A stretch of 64,000 nt of DNA. Source: Acidobacteriota bacterium (GTDB lineage: Bacteria > Acidobacteriota > Blastocatellia > Pyrinomonadales > Pyrinomonadaceae). Under the pieces are notes generated by a model. The model saw only the letters and a list, made by a program, of their open reading frames with translations, did no database searches and was not told the DNA's origin. Below are positions 21,324 to 31,341 of the stretch, one piece after another; position 1 is the stretch's first letter; each line of letters starts with the position of its first letter. The position numbers and the translations under genes are program-made. The stretch spans positions 1-64,000 of the forward strand of contig JANPJA010000057.1 of NCBI GenBank assembly GCA_031425275.1. The letters run 5' to 3'.

Positions 21324-22007
21324 TTACGGCGCGAGATCGTCGCGCAGGGACGCGAGTCGCTGTTTGAGGACGAAGCCCGCGCCGGTAACGCGCGCGTCCG
21401 TCGTCATCACCCAAAATTCGCTCTCGATCAAAGCACGAAGGTCGGCGGTCGAAACTTGAGGGAGCCGCCCCTCACGCGATGCCGTGACGACCGCATCCAC
21501 GGCGCGGCCGAAGGCGTCGGCGTCGTCGGCGAGCGCGGCGAGGTGGAGCATCCGCGCGGTGGACGTGAGATCGGGTGAGATTTTCCAAAGTTCGATGTAA
21601 GCATCGGAGAGCGCGACGTTCGAGCGCAATTCTTTGTCGGTGGCGATGAATGAGGCCAGCTCGCCGAGGTTATTCTCGGAGCGCGCGGCCCAGTTCATCG
21701 ATTCGCCGAGCAGCGCGCCGTAGAGCGTTGCGTCGTTCGCCCGGTGCGCTTCGACGAGAACCGTGTAATCGCCTTCGCCCGCGCGCGCGAGCAATTGTCC
21801 GCGCCGCTCGGCCTCCGCCCGGCTCAGTTCATCCGGGAGTGGGCGCAGACGGGCGACCGACTCGGGGCTGTCTTCAAAGAGGCTGCGCGGGCGCACCGGG
21901 CCGAGCTCATTGTCCCCGCGGTAGGAGTTTAGCTCCTGCTGCTTGCGGTAGAGCGTGTAGGCGACGGCAGCCAGAAAGATGAGGGTGATGATGAAAACGG
22001 CGCTCAA
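21324..22007 (-). CDS. Hypothetical membrane-anchored protein (N-terminal TM), co-directional with and upstream of the flotillin-like gene
   Basis: 227 aa. The N-terminal helix VFIITLIFLAAVAYTLY is followed by an alpha-helical body. No known domain. Confidence 0.5.
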   Translation of the reverse strand: MSAVFIITLIFLAAVAYTLYRKQQELNSYRGDNELGPVRPRSLFEDSPESVARLRPLPDELSRAEAERRGQLLARAGEGDYTVLVEAHRANDATLYGALLGESMNWAARSENNLGELASFIATDKELRSNVALSDAYIELWKISPDLTSTARMLHLAALADDADAFGRAVDAVVTASREGRLPQVSTADLRALIESEFWVMTTDARVTGAGFVLKQRLASLRDDLAP

Positions 22008-22168
22008 TGTTTACGCCCTGAGAGACTCGCTTGTCGGCCGGCCCTTGCTCCCCATTGGAGTGGCTGGCCGGGGCGAGTGTCGGTTCCGTGTGGTTATACG
22101 TTTGGCTCGGTGCCGGGGTTTTGGAAAACCGCCGGCGTTTGGTCAGCAGGCGCGCGGGATGAATCGAA

Positions 22169-22369
22169 TCAGCCGCCGCCGACGAAGTGGACGACCTCAA
22201 TCTTATCACCATCCGCGAGCGCGGTCGCTTCCCAGCGCGCGCGGCGGACTACCTCGCGGTTCAGCTCGACCGCCAGACGCTCCGGCGGGAGCGCGAGTGT
22301 GCGGACGAGACTGCCCACCGTCGCCCCGGCTTCCACCTCGCGCGGCTCGCCGTTGATCTCGATATGCAA
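22169..22369 (-). CDS. thiS: Sulfur carrier protein ThiS (likely TTG start)
   Basis: The 66 codons end in the diagnostic VGGG C-terminus, with a ThiS-like pattern ([49 protein letters not shown]). The upstream ATG-less frame in the track ORF is probably untranslated. Confidence 0.65.
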   Translation of the reverse strand: MHIEINGEPREVEAGATVGSLVRTLALPPERLAVELNREVVRRARWEATALADGDKIEVVHFVGGG

Positions 22370-22380
22370 GGGCGCGGCCT

Positions 22381-23430
22381 TCACGAGTGGCGCACGGCGC
22401 GGCGCAGCTCGGCCGCATAGCCGTCGGCGCTCGCGCGGACGAGGATGGCCGCGCGCCCGCTCGCGAAACGGGGCAGCCAAGCGTGGACGACGGCCACGCC
22501 GTCCTGATCGGTTTTAGAGGTGAGGATCAGCGGGCGGAACTCCGTGCCCAGAACTTTCACCGTCACCGCCGCATCAACCACGGCCTCGCGCGAATCAATC
22601 GGCCCGCGGCTGACCCGGACGCGCAGCGTCACAATCTCGCCCGCGCGGTAGTCGCGCTCCTCCAGCAAATTCACGTACAGCTCGCCGTCGATTTCGACCG
22701 GGATTAATTCCCTCTCCGACGCCTGCGGCGTCTCCGGCCAAGCGTCCGTGAGGGGCGCAGCAGCCGCGACGTGTGCGGCCTCCCGCCCCGACTCCGTCGG
22801 CCCCGCCTCGGCCTCGACGGAAATCGGCTCGGCCGCCCCCGGCGTTGCTTCGACTGCCGGCGACGGCGGCGCTGCCGGCCGGACTTCCTCTCGGGCCGTA
22901 CGAGACTCGACGACAGGCGGCGGCACGGGCGCGAGAACTTCGGCCGGTGGCGGCTGGGGCAGTGACGGCGCGGGAGGAGTCAGGGCCGGGGGCGTTTCCA
23001 CGGCGCGGCGCGCGCGATGGCTGCCCGCGCTTAACGCTTCGTTCTCACGCTTGTTGAGCCGCTTGAGTTCTTCGATACGGCCGGAGGTGATGGCCCGACA
23101 AATCAGTGTGTGCTGACGCTGAAGACGCTCGCCAAGCGCGGCCGAGTCGAAGTCTCCTCCCAGCAGATCGGTGTAAGGCGAACGCTTGCTCGCGAGGATG
23201 GCCCCGCCCACATAGACGAGCGAAAGTATGAAGGGCGTGTCAAGGCCCTTGTCTTCGGTCTGGACGTGATAGACCACGCCTTCGTGCTCTACGTCGGTGT
23301 TGAATCCGGTGATCACGGCGACACGAGATGCGGAAGAAAGCGACGAACGAGAGTGGTAATATCTATAAAAAGTGCGGCGAAAAAAAACAGTAGCACAGCC
23401 CCCCGACACGGTCAATCTCCTTAAAAACAA
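22381..23430 (-). CDS. Hypothetical protein with a Pro/Ala-rich central linker
   Basis: 349 aa ORF with a clean frame. The conserved-looking N- and C-terminal segments are separated by a low-complexity PAPS-rich linker. The true start is uncertain. Confidence 0.45.
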   Translation of the reverse strand: MFLRRLTVSGGCATVFFRRTFYRYYHSRSSLSSASRVAVITGFNTDVEHEGVVYHVQTEDKGLDTPFILSLVYVGGAILASKRSPYTDLLGGDFDSAALGERLQRQHTLICRAITSGRIEELKRLNKRENEALSAGSHRARRAVETPPALTPPAPSLPQPPPAEVLAPVPPPVVESRTAREEVRPAAPPSPAVEATPGAAEPISVEAEAGPTESGREAAHVAAAAPLTDAWPETPQASERELIPVEIDGELYVNLLEERDYRAGEIVTLRVRVSRGPIDSREAVVDAAVTVKVLGTEFRPLILTSKTDQDGVAVVHAWLPRFASGRAAILVRASADGYAAELRRAVRHS

Positions 23431-23446
23431 TCACTTTGCGCACTGC

Positions 23447-23475
23447 TTGACAGCCCCCAGAGGTTGGCTTAACAT
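23447..23475 (+). promoter_or_regulatory. Sigma70-like promoter TTGACA-N17-TAACAT upstream of nuoA
   Basis: A consensus -35 and a 4/6 -10 with optimal spacing lie about 80 nt upstream of the nuoA start codon. Confidence 0.45.
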
Positions 23476-23554
23476 CCGTTTGTGCCATCATTCTCAAACT
23501 GAATTCGGGTGTTAGAAAAGGCCGCGCCCGGCGCGACGCTGACGGGAGACCTTT

Positions 23555-24043
23555 GTGGGTAACTTTCAGCTCGGGGACTATTTCCCCATCTTGCTCATGT
23601 TCCTGCTGGCGATGGTTTTCGCCGGGGGCAACATCATTCTCTCGCAGCTCGTCGGGCAGAAGAAGCAGACGCGCACGAAGCTGATGCCCTACGAGTGCGG
23701 CAAAGACCCGGTCGGGTCGGCGCGCGAGCGGTTCTCGGTCAAGTTCTATCTCATCGCGATGATCTTCATCCTGTTCGACATCGAGATGATCTTCCTGATG
23801 CCGTGGGCCGTGGTCTTCAAAGATTTGGCGGCGCGGAATTCGCCCGTGCGCGGCGTCATCTTCTGGGAGATGATTTTATTCATCGGGCTGGTGGCCGTCG
23901 GCTTTGTTTACGTCTGGAAGAAGGGCCTGTTCGACTGGGGCCAGCGAGCGCGGCAGGAGGCCGAGGCCGAGGGCCGCGCCCTCGCGCTCGTCGAAAGACG
24001 CGCGAACAAATTGAACCAAGACCGTCTAGGCCGCGCGGCGTAA
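23555..24043 (+). CDS. nuoA: NADH-quinone oxidoreductase subunit A
   Basis: [21 protein letters not shown]...[28 protein letters not shown] matches the NuoA/ND3 family. It has a C-terminal extension of about 40 aa. Confidence 0.9.
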   Translation: MGNFQLGDYFPILLMFLLAMVFAGGNIILSQLVGQKKQTRTKLMPYECGKDPVGSARERFSVKFYLIAMIFILFDIEMIFLMPWAVVFKDLAARNSPVRGVIFWEMILFIGLVAVGFVYVWKKGLFDWGQRARQEAEAEGRALALVERRANKLNQDRLGRAA

Positions 24044-24061
24044 GCATTGGGGGCTTGACTC

Positions 24062-24709
24062 ATGGGTCTCGAAAACAAAATCGCGGAGGCGCTGCCGGAA
24101 GTCATCACCACGCGGCTCGACTCGCTGGTCAACTGGGCGCGCAAGTCATCATTGTGGCCCGCCACTTTCGGCCTCGCCTGCTGTGCCATCGAGATGATGA
24201 ACGCGACGAGCGCGCGCAACGACCTCGCGCGCTTCGGCTCCGAGGTCTTCCGCGCCAGCCCCCGACAGGCCGACGTGATGATCGTCTCGGGCCGAGTCTC
24301 GCGTAAGATGGCCCCGGTTCTTCGCCGCATTTACGACCAGATGCCCGAGCCGAAGTGGGTCATCTCGATGGGCGCGTGCGCCACATCCGGCGGCGTTTTT
24401 GACAACTACGCCATCGTGCAGGGCGTCGATAAAATCGTCCCCGTTGACGTGTACATACCGGGCTGCCCGCCGCGCCCCGAAATGCTGATCCACGCCGTGA
24501 TGATGCTCCAGGACAAGGTGATGAAAGAGTCGATGCGCGACCGCCGCGACGTGCCCGCCGAGGAGGCGCGAGAAGCCGTCCCGCCGGGCACGCTGCCCGC
24601 CTCCGGCGTCTCCGCGACCAACGAGGCCGCCGCCGATTCTCCGTCGCAAGTCGAGACTTCGCGGCCCTACACCATCCCGTCGCGCCACGAGCGCCGGCGG
24701 TCGTTTTGA
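24062..24709 (+). CDS. nuoB: NADH-quinone oxidoreductase subunit B (N2 Fe-S subunit) with a Pro/Ala-rich C-terminal tail
   Basis: [36 protein letters not shown] and PGCPPRPE motifs are present. Confidence 0.92.
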   Translation: MGLENKIAEALPEVITTRLDSLVNWARKSSLWPATFGLACCAIEMMNATSARNDLARFGSEVFRASPRQADVMIVSGRVSRKMAPVLRRIYDQMPEPKWVISMGACATSGGVFDNYAIVQGVDKIVPVDVYIPGCPPRPEMLIHAVMMLQDKVMKESMRDRRDVPAEEAREAVPPGTLPASGVSATNEAAADSPSQVETSRPYTIPSRHERRRSF

Positions 24710-24713
24710 AAAA

Positions 24714-24832
24714 TTGTCAGTTGTCCGTGGTCAGTCGTTAGTGGTTTGTGACTGACCCGCGAATAGCCAAAGATGATCGTCCGAACTTCATCGGCACTAA
24801 ACAACTGACCACGGACAACTGACAACTGACAA
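24714..24832. repeat. Heptamer-repeat hairpin element, CAGTTGT/CCGTGGT family (nuoB-nuoC spacer)
   Basis: gtcagttgtccgtggtcagtcgttagtgg ... aacaactgaccacggacaactgacaactgacaaATG. It ends at the nuoC start codon. Confidence 0.8.
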
Positions 24833-25378
24833 ATGGCTGACATTGAGCGAGAAAAACAGTTGGCGGAGGGGGCGGCGGGCGACACCGCGGCGGGCGCGGC
24901 CGGAGAGTCGTTGCTCGTGAGCGCGTTGCGCGCGGCGCACCCCGAGTGCTTGGGCGAAGTCATACAGGCGTTTGGCGAGACGACCATTGTTGTGCCGCGC
25001 GAGCAAATTGTCGCGGCGTGCGGCTTTTACAAGACCACGCCCGGTCTTGAGTTCAACCTCCTCGCCGACATCTGCGGCGCGGATCGCGGCCCCGAAGACG
25101 ACCCTCGCTTCGAGGTCAACTATCATCTTTTCTCGACGACCAAGCACCACCGCCTGCGCCTGAAAGTCTTGCTCACGGAGGAAGACCCGCGCGTCGAGAC
25201 GGTCACGACGCTGTGGCGCACGGCCAACTGGCACGAGCGCGAGACCTTCGACATGTTCGGCGTGCGCTTCGACGGCCACCCCGACCTGCGCCGCATCCTG
25301 CTCCCGGACGACTGGCAGGGCCACGCGCTGCGGAAAGACTTCCCGCTGAGAGGGTACGAGCCGTACAGCTTAACTTAG
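24833..25378 (+). CDS. nuoC: NADH-quinone oxidoreductase subunit C (30 kDa)
   Basis: WHERETFDMFGVRFDGHPDLRRILLPDDW is the NuoC signature. Confidence 0.9.
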   Translation: MADIEREKQLAEGAAGDTAAGAAGESLLVSALRAAHPECLGEVIQAFGETTIVVPREQIVAACGFYKTTPGLEFNLLADICGADRGPEDDPRFEVNYHLFSTTKHHRLRLKVLLTEEDPRVETVTTLWRTANWHERETFDMFGVRFDGHPDLRRILLPDDWQGHALRKDFPLRGYEPYSLT

Positions 25379-25456
25379 TGACAGGTCAACCGTGACGGGT
25401 GACAAGTGAAAACCACTTGTCTTGCCTGTCACCTGTCACCCGTCACTTGTCACGCG
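25379..25456. repeat. Heptamer-repeat hairpin element, GTCACCC/GTCACGG family (nuoC-nuoD spacer)
   Basis: gacaggtcaaccgtgacgggtgacaagtg ... cctgtcacctgtcacccgtcacttgtcacgcg. It overlaps the 5-prime end of the track ORF for nuoD, so the later ATG was chosen for nuoD. Confidence 0.8.
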
Positions 25457-25461
25457 AACTT

Positions 25462-26682
25462 ATGAGTGCTTCTTCCGCCAACTTGCCGCCGCAGTTCGAG
25501 GTCGTGGATCGTCCGCTGGATTCGCAGATGACGATCTCGATGGGGCCGCAGCACCCTTCGACGCACGGCGTGCTGCGCATCGAGCTGGTGCTCGACGGCG
25601 AGATGATCGTCAAGGCCACGCCCGACATCGGCTACCTCCACACGGGGATGGAGAAGCTCTTCGAGTACAAGAAGTACCAGCAGGGCATCGTCATCACCGA
25701 CCGGATGGACTACCTCAACCCGCTGGGCAACAACCTCGCCTACGTGATGGCGGTCGAAAAACTGCTGGCTATCGAAATCCCGGAGCGCGCGCAGGTCATC
25801 CGCGTCCTCTTCTGCGAGTTGCAGCGCATCGCCTCGCACATGGTCTGGCTGGGGACGCACGCGCTCGACATCGGCGCGATGTCAGTTTTCTTTTACTGCT
25901 TCCGCGAGCGCGAGAAGATTCTCAACCTGATCGAGGCCGCTTCGGGCGGCCGGCTCACGCCGTCTTACTTCCGCATCGGCGGGCTGATGATGGACTTGCC
26001 GGCGGGTTTCGAGAGCCGCTGCCGCCAGTTCCTCGACAAGTTCCCGGCCGCGCTCTCCGACTTCAACACGCTGCTCACCGGCAACCGGATTTTCCAGAAG
26101 CGCACGCAGGGCGTCGGCCCCATCTCCGCCGAGGACGCCATCGATTGGGGTCTGACGGGGCCGTGTCTGCGCGGCAGCGGCGTTGACATCGACGTGCGCC
26201 GGACAAACCCCTACACGGGTTACGAGACCTACGACTTCGACGTGCCGGTCGAACAGGACTGCGACGTGTGGGCGCGCTACATGGTGCGGATGCGCGAACT
26301 GATGGAGTCGCACAAGATCGTGCGGCAGACTTTGGAGCGGCTCAAACCCGGCCCCGTGAAGGCCGACGCGCCGAAGGTGGTGCTCCCCGAGCGCGAGGCG
26401 ATGAAGACGCACATGGACGCGCTCATCCACCACTTCCTGATCGTCGCCGAAGGCTTCAACGTCCCGGCCGGAGAGGTCTATCACCCCATCGAAGGCTCGA
26501 AGGGCGAACTCGGCTGCTACGTCAAATCCGACGGCGGCCCGAAGCCCGCGCGCGTGCATTTCCGCGGCCCCTCGTTCGTCAACCTCTCGGCCCTGCCGCA
26601 CATGGCCGAGGGCGAGATGCTCGCCGACGTGGTCGCCATCATCGGCTCGATTGACATCGTGCTGGGAGAAATTGATAGGTGA
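25462..26682 (+). CDS. nuoD: NADH-quinone oxidoreductase subunit D (49 kDa)
   Basis: GPQHPSTHGVLR, DYLNPLGNNLAY, IASHMVWLGTHALDIGA and the C-terminal IVLGEIDR are present. The start was moved to ATG 25462 after the repeat element. Confidence 0.9.
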   Translation: MSASSANLPPQFEVVDRPLDSQMTISMGPQHPSTHGVLRIELVLDGEMIVKATPDIGYLHTGMEKLFEYKKYQQGIVITDRMDYLNPLGNNLAYVMAVEKLLAIEIPERAQVIRVLFCELQRIASHMVWLGTHALDIGAMSVFFYCFREREKILNLIEAASGGRLTPSYFRIGGLMMDLPAGFESRCRQFLDKFPAALSDFNTLLTGNRIFQKRTQGVGPISAEDAIDWGLTGPCLRGSGVDIDVRRTNPYTGYETYDFDVPVEQDCDVWARYMVRMRELMESHKIVRQTLERLKPGPVKADAPKVVLPEREAMKTHMDALIHHFLIVAEGFNVPAGEVYHPIEGSKGELGCYVKSDGGPKPARVHFRGPSFVNLSALPHMAEGEMLADVVAIIGSIDIVLGEIDR

Positions 26683-26685
26683 AGC

Positions 26686-26802
26686 CGTCAGTTGTCCGCG
26701 GTCAGTCATCCGTTGTTTGTGGCTGACACGCGGCGCGCTCTAAAGGGACACTCGAGCCTCGACGGCACGAACAACTGACCACGGACAACTGACCACTGAC
26801 AG
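26686..26802. repeat. Heptamer-repeat hairpin element, CAGTTGT/CCGTGGT family (nuoD-nuoE spacer)
   Basis: cgtcagttgtccgcggtcagtcatccgttgtttgtgg ... acgaacaactgaccacggacaactgaccactgacagcttttATG. It has the same 3-prime context as the copy at 6884..6992. Confidence 0.8.
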
Positions 26803-26807
26803 CTTTT

Positions 26808-27374
26808 ATGAGCGCACAGTTCACGCCGAATAACCCGCTGCCGCAGGAAGCGCCCGTGCCCGACGAGATGGCGAAGTTCTCGCCGGAGTTTGAGGCGGAG
26901 GTGGACGCGCACCTCGCGAAGTACCCGGTGCGGCGTTCGGCCATCCTGCCGCTGATGTTTCTCGTGCAGCGCGAGCGCGGCGGCTGGCTCGACCCTCCGG
27001 GCGTGGCTTATCTGGCCGACCGTCTGGGCCTTCGCATCACGGATATCTGGGAGGTCGCCACCTTCTATTCGATGATCAACACGGAGCCGGTCGGCAAGTA
27101 TCACCTGCAAATCTGCCGCACGCTCTCGTGCAAAATCATGGGCGCGGGGACGATCACGGAACACTGCTCGCGGCGGCTCGGCATCAAGCCCGGCGAGACG
27201 ACCGACGACGGGAACTTCACCATCTGGGAAGTCGAATGCCTCGGCTCGTGCGGCACCGCGCCGATGATGCAGCTCGGACTCGACTACCACGAGAACCTGA
27301 CGACCGAGAAGGTCGATGAGATTCTCGACCGCTGCCAGCGCGGAGAATACGAATTTCAAGTTAAGGTCCACTGA
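26808..27374 (+). CDS. nuoE: NADH-quinone oxidoreductase subunit E (24 kDa, 2Fe-2S)
   Basis: YPVRRSAILPLMFLVQRERGGWL, CRTLSC and ECLGSCGTAPMMQ are Cys motifs of the NuoE thioredoxin-like 2Fe-2S fold. Confidence 0.9.
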   Translation: MSAQFTPNNPLPQEAPVPDEMAKFSPEFEAEVDAHLAKYPVRRSAILPLMFLVQRERGGWLDPPGVAYLADRLGLRITDIWEVATFYSMINTEPVGKYHLQICRTLSCKIMGAGTITEHCSRRLGIKPGETTDDGNFTIWEVECLGSCGTAPMMQLGLDYHENLTTEKVDEILDRCQRGEYEFQVKVH

Positions 27375-27427
27375 GTCGCCGCCCGCGCGCGCAGAAATCG
27401 GCGTCGCGTGATTTAAGTTTTCTGTTT

Positions 27428-27460
27428 GGCTGATAGCTAAAAGCTGATAGCTAATAGCTC
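27428..27460. repeat. Short tandem repeat GCTGATAGCTAA / AGCTAATAGCT (related to the AGCTGTT element at 63301..63455) in the nuoE-nuoF spacer
   Basis: gctgatagctaaaagctgatagctaatagctcc read directly. Confidence 0.55.
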
Positions 27461-27478
27461 CTTTACGATTCGCTAATC

Positions 27479-28840
27479 ATGTTCATCGGCGCCATCGGCT
27501 GCGAGCCACTGCAACTTCGCCGCGTCCAACTAGAGGGGTCGCACACGCTCGACGTGTACCGTCAAAACGGCGGCTACGAGGCTTTGAAAAAAGTCCTCGA
27601 AGGGATGTCGCCCGACGAGGTGATCGGAGAGGTCAAGAAGTCCGCGTTGCGCGGGCGCGGCGGCGCGGGGTTCCCCACCGGGATGAAGTGGGGCTTCGTA
27701 CCCAAAGACTCGCCGAAGCCGAAGTACGTCGTCTGCAACGCCGACGAGTCGGAGCCGGGCACGTTCAAGGATCGCTTCCTGATGGAGCGCGATCCGCACA
27801 TGCTCATCGAGGGCATGGCCATCGCCGCCTACGCCCTCGGCTCGAAGACGGGCTACATCTACACGCGCGGCGAGTACCGCTACATCATTAACATCCTCGA
27901 CGCGGCCATCGCGGAGGCGCGCGCGGCCGGGCTGCTCGGCGAGCGTATTCTCGGCGCGGATTTCTCCTTCGAGCTGCACACGCACACCGGCGCGGGCGCG
28001 TACATCTGCGGCGAGGAGACGGCTCTGCTCAACTCGCTCGAAGGCTTGCGCGGCCACCCGCGCATGAAGCCCCCCTTCCCCGCCATCGCCGGACTCTACG
28101 GCTGCCCGACGGTCGTCAACAACGTCGAGACGCTCACCGCCGTCCCCGACATCATCAAGATGGGCGGCGAGGCGTGGCAGAAGTTGGGGACGGAGAAGAG
28201 CGGCGGCACGAAAGTCTGGTCGGTGTCGGGCCACGTCAACCGCCCCGGCGTCTATGAACTGCCGATGGGCTACGTGGACATGGAAAAGTTCATCATGGAG
28301 GACTGCGGCGGGATGCTCGGCGGGCGCAAACTCAAAGCCGTCATCCCCGGCGGCTCGTCCGTTTACATCATGCCCGCGCGCGACATCGAGGGGCGCGGCG
28401 TGAAGATGGATTACGAGGGGCTGGTCGCGGGCGGCTCGATGGTCGGCTCCGGCGGTTTCATCGTGATGGACGAGACAGTGGATATTTTTGAATCGACGAA
28501 GAACCTGACCGAGTTTTACAAACACGAGTCGTGCGGCTGGTGCACGCCGTGCCGGGAGGGCACGGACTGGCTCGTCAAAGTCTTCAAGCGGATCGCGCGC
28601 GGCGAGGGCAAGCCGGAGGACGCGCAACTTTTGCTCGACCTGTGCGACAACATCGAAGGCAAATCTTTCTGCCCGCTGGGCGACGCCGCCGCGTGGCCGA
28701 TCCAGTCGGCGATCAAGAAGTTTCCCGAAGACTTCCGCAAGCATCTCACGCCGATGGTCGAGCGCGTCGTGCGGGAGACGACCACCTCGGCGGCGGCCGT
28801 TCGGTCGGGCGCGGCGGTCGAGAGGCTGCCGACGGCTTGA
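27479..28840 (+). CDS. nuoF: NADH-quinone oxidoreductase subunit F (51 kDa, FMN/NADH binding)
   Basis: [52 protein letters not shown] and [12 protein letters not shown] motifs are present. Confidence 0.92.
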   Translation: MFIGAIGCEPLQLRRVQLEGSHTLDVYRQNGGYEALKKVLEGMSPDEVIGEVKKSALRGRGGAGFPTGMKWGFVPKDSPKPKYVVCNADESEPGTFKDRFLMERDPHMLIEGMAIAAYALGSKTGYIYTRGEYRYIINILDAAIAEARAAGLLGERILGADFSFELHTHTGAGAYICGEETALLNSLEGLRGHPRMKPPFPAIAGLYGCPTVVNNVETLTAVPDIIKMGGEAWQKLGTEKSGGTKVWSVSGHVNRPGVYELPMGYVDMEKFIMEDCGGMLGGRKLKAVIPGGSSVYIMPARDIEGRGVKMDYEGLVAGGSMVGSGGFIVMDETVDIFESTKNLTEFYKHESCGWCTPCREGTDWLVKVFKRIARGEGKPEDAQLLLDLCDNIEGKSFCPLGDAAAWPIQSAIKKFPEDFRKHLTPMVERVVRETTTSAAAVRSGAAVERLPTA

Positions 28841-28901
28841 GTTAGTCGCGCGTGCTCCCGGCAGGCGTCGCGTTTTTTAAGATTAGTCAGTTGATTACAT
28901 C

Positions 28902-31199
28902 ATGGCAGAGTTAGTCAAAGTTACGGTCAACGGTCAGGACTACAGTGTCGAGAAGGGCGCGCGGCTCATCGACGTGTGCCGCGAGCAGGGTCACGCCGTC
29001 CCGTCGTTCTGCTACTACGCGGACCTCGCGTTACAGGCGTCGTGCCGGATGTGTCTGGTGCGCATCGAGAAGATGCCGAAGCTGCAAACGTCTTGCACCA
29101 TCACCTGCACGGACGGGATGATCGTCACGACCGAGAGCGAGGAGATCGAGAAGGCGCGGCGCGGGATGGTCGAGTTCCTGCTCGCCAACCACCCGCTCGA
29201 CTGCCCCGTCTGCGACCGCGGCGGCGAGTGCGAACTACAAGAGATGGTCTTCGACTGGGGCGGACTCGAAGAACGCTTCACCGAGAAGAAGAACGCCTTC
29301 CCCGAAAAGTTCCTCTCGCCCGTCGTCGCCAACGACCCGCAGCGGTGCATCCTCTGCAAGCGTTGCACGCGCGTCTGCGACGAGTGGATGGGAGAAGACG
29401 CCATCGAGGCGGGCGGGCGCGGCGTCAACACCGTCATCGGGACTTACGAAGGCTGGCTCAACTGCTCGCAGTGCGGCAACTGCATCGAAGTCTGCCCGAC
29501 GGGCACGCTCTTAGACGCCACCTACCGTCATCAGGCGCGGCCGTGGGAGTTGTCGCAGACGATCACGACCTGCACCTTCTGCTCCGACGGCTGCCAGATG
29601 TCCGTCGGCTCGCGCGCGGGCGAGGTGATGCGCGCGGTTGCGCGCGACCGCTATGTCAACGGCCACAACGGCGAATTCTTGTGCATCAAGGGCCGCTTCG
29701 CGCACCCGTTCGTCAACCACGAGGAGCGACTCAAGGGGCCGATGATTCGCTACAAGAAGGGCGGCCGGCTCGTCCCCGCGACGTGGGACGAGGCGATCCA
29801 CCGGATCACCGAAGGCTTCCACGCCGCGCTCGCGGCTTACGGGCCGGAAGGGTTCGGCGTGGTCGGCAGCCCGCGGCTGACCAACGAGGCCAACTGGTCG
29901 CTCTTACGTTTCGCGCGCGAGGTGGCGCAGACGGAGAACTTCGCGGCGGCCGAAGCCTTTTCGCTCGCGCCTTTCTTCCAGCATCTTTCCGCGCCCCTCG
30001 CCACGCACCGCGACATCCGGCACGCCAAGACCATCATCCTCGTCGGCGGCGAACCGGAAGAATTACAGCCGCTGGTCGGCCGTCAGATTCGGCAGGCCGT
30101 GCGGAACGGCGGGGCCAAGCTCGTCATCTTCAACAGCGTGCCGATCCGCTTGCGGGGGCAGGCCGCACACTTCGTCCACATCAACGCGGGGACGGAAGAC
30201 GCGGTCGTCCTCGCGCTTTCCGACGCCGCCGACGCGGGACTCGCGGCGGGTAAAACGGGCGTCGAGGCGCAGGTCATTGCCGACGTGCGCGAGTTGATCG
30301 ACGAGACGGCGGGCGATGTCGTCATCCTCTTCGGCGGCGAGTTGAGCGCGGCCGGGCAAGTCCTGCTCGCGCAACTTCCCGCGACTTGGGGCGGGCGTGA
30401 AGGGCGGCGTTTCCTCCTCCACCCGCTGCCGCTCTACAACAACAGCGTGGGCGTCCACGACGTGGGGCTGATGTCGGGCAAGCTCGACGCCGCCGGGATG
30501 CTCGCGCGCGCTGGCGACGGGATTCACACGCTCTACGTCGCGGGCAGCTTTTTGCCGCAGCACTTTGAAGGACACGCGGACGCACTGTCGAAGCTCGACT
30601 TCCTCGTCGTCCAAGAACTCTTCGAGACCGAGACGACGCGCTTTGCCGACGTGGTACTGCCGGCCGCGTCGTTCGCCGAGGTGGACGGGACTTACACGAA
30701 CAGCGGCGGCCTCGTCCAGCGCGTGCGCCAGTCGATCCCGCCCGTCCACACGGCGAAGCCCGACTGGATGATCACCGATTTGCTCGCGCGCGCGATGGGC
30801 GTCGAGTTCGGCTACGAGATGTCGGCGGGGCGCATCCTGATCGACCTCGCGCGAAACGTCGCGCCTTACGCCGGCCTGCGCTTCCCCGCCCTCAAGGACG
30901 AAACCGCGCCGGTGCAGGCGCGGCACGAAGTGGTCGGCGCGCGCGACGTGGCCGGTCACGCGCAAACTTTGCGCCGCCGCGTCGAGTCGTTCGTCGTGAC
31001 CGGGGAGCGCGAATCACAAACGCCGAGAGTCGGCCACGAGTTGTTCAAGCCCGGAACGCTCACGTCGAAAACGCCGCAGTTCCCGCTCCTCGACGCCGGC
31101 AACCCGAAGCCGCCGAGCGTGCTCATTTCGCCGCTCTACCAGATCACGGTCGATCCCGCTTTGCGCCGCGCGGAAGTCGCGTCCGCGACGGGAGACTGA
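28902..31199 (+). CDS. nuoG: NADH-quinone oxidoreductase subunit G (75 kDa)
   Basis: There is an N-terminal 2Fe-2S ferredoxin motif (CRMCLV), HPLDCPVCDRGGECELQ, CILCKRCTRVC and CSQCGNCIEVCP clusters, then a molybdopterin-oxidoreductase-like C-terminal region. Confidence 0.9.
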   Translation: MAELVKVTVNGQDYSVEKGARLIDVCREQGHAVPSFCYYADLALQASCRMCLVRIEKMPKLQTSCTITCTDGMIVTTESEEIEKARRGMVEFLLANHPLDCPVCDRGGECELQEMVFDWGGLEERFTEKKNAFPEKFLSPVVANDPQRCILCKRCTRVCDEWMGEDAIEAGGRGVNTVIGTYEGWLNCSQCGNCIEVCPTGTLLDATYRHQARPWELSQTITTCTFCSDGCQMSVGSRAGEVMRAVARDRYVNGHNGEFLCIKGRFAHPFVNHEERLKGPMIRYKKGGRLVPATWDEAIHRITEGFHAALAAYGPEGFGVVGSPRLTNEANWSLLRFAREVAQTENFAAAEAFSLAPFFQHLSAPLATHRDIRHAKTIILVGGEPEELQPLVGRQIRQAVRNGGAKLVIFNSVPIRLRGQAAHFVHINAGTEDAVVLALSDAADAGLAAGKTGVEAQVIADVRELIDETAGDVVILFGGELSAAGQVLLAQLPATWGGREGRRFLLHPLPLYNNSVGVHDVGLMSGKLDAAGMLARAGDGIHTLYVAGSFLPQHFEGHADALSKLDFLVVQELFETETTRFADVVLPAASFAEVDGTYTNSGGLVQRVRQSIPPVHTAKPDWMITDLLARAMGVEFGYEMSAGRILIDLARNVAPYAGLRFPALKDETAPVQARHEVVGARDVAGHAQTLRRRVESFVVTGERESQTPRVGHELFKPGTLTSKTPQFPLLDAGNPKPPSVLISPLYQITVDPALRRAEVASATGD

Positions 31200-31212
31200 A
31201 GGAAACGACGAA

Positions 31213-31331
31213 GCAGTTTTCAGTTTTCAGTTTTCAGCGAAGACAAAGGCAATTGGTCAGGGGTCAGGGGTCGGGTTTCGGAGATGACAAGTTTTCTCTC
31301 TGAAAACTGAAAACTGAAAACTGAAAACTGT
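31213..31331. repeat. Heptamer-repeat hairpin element, CAGTTTT family (nuoG-nuoH spacer)
   Basis: cagttttcagttttcagttttcag ... ctgaaaactgaaaactgaaaactgaaaactg flank a central ggtcaggggtcaggggtcggg. Confidence 0.8.
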
Positions 31332-31341
31332 CATCAACGTT

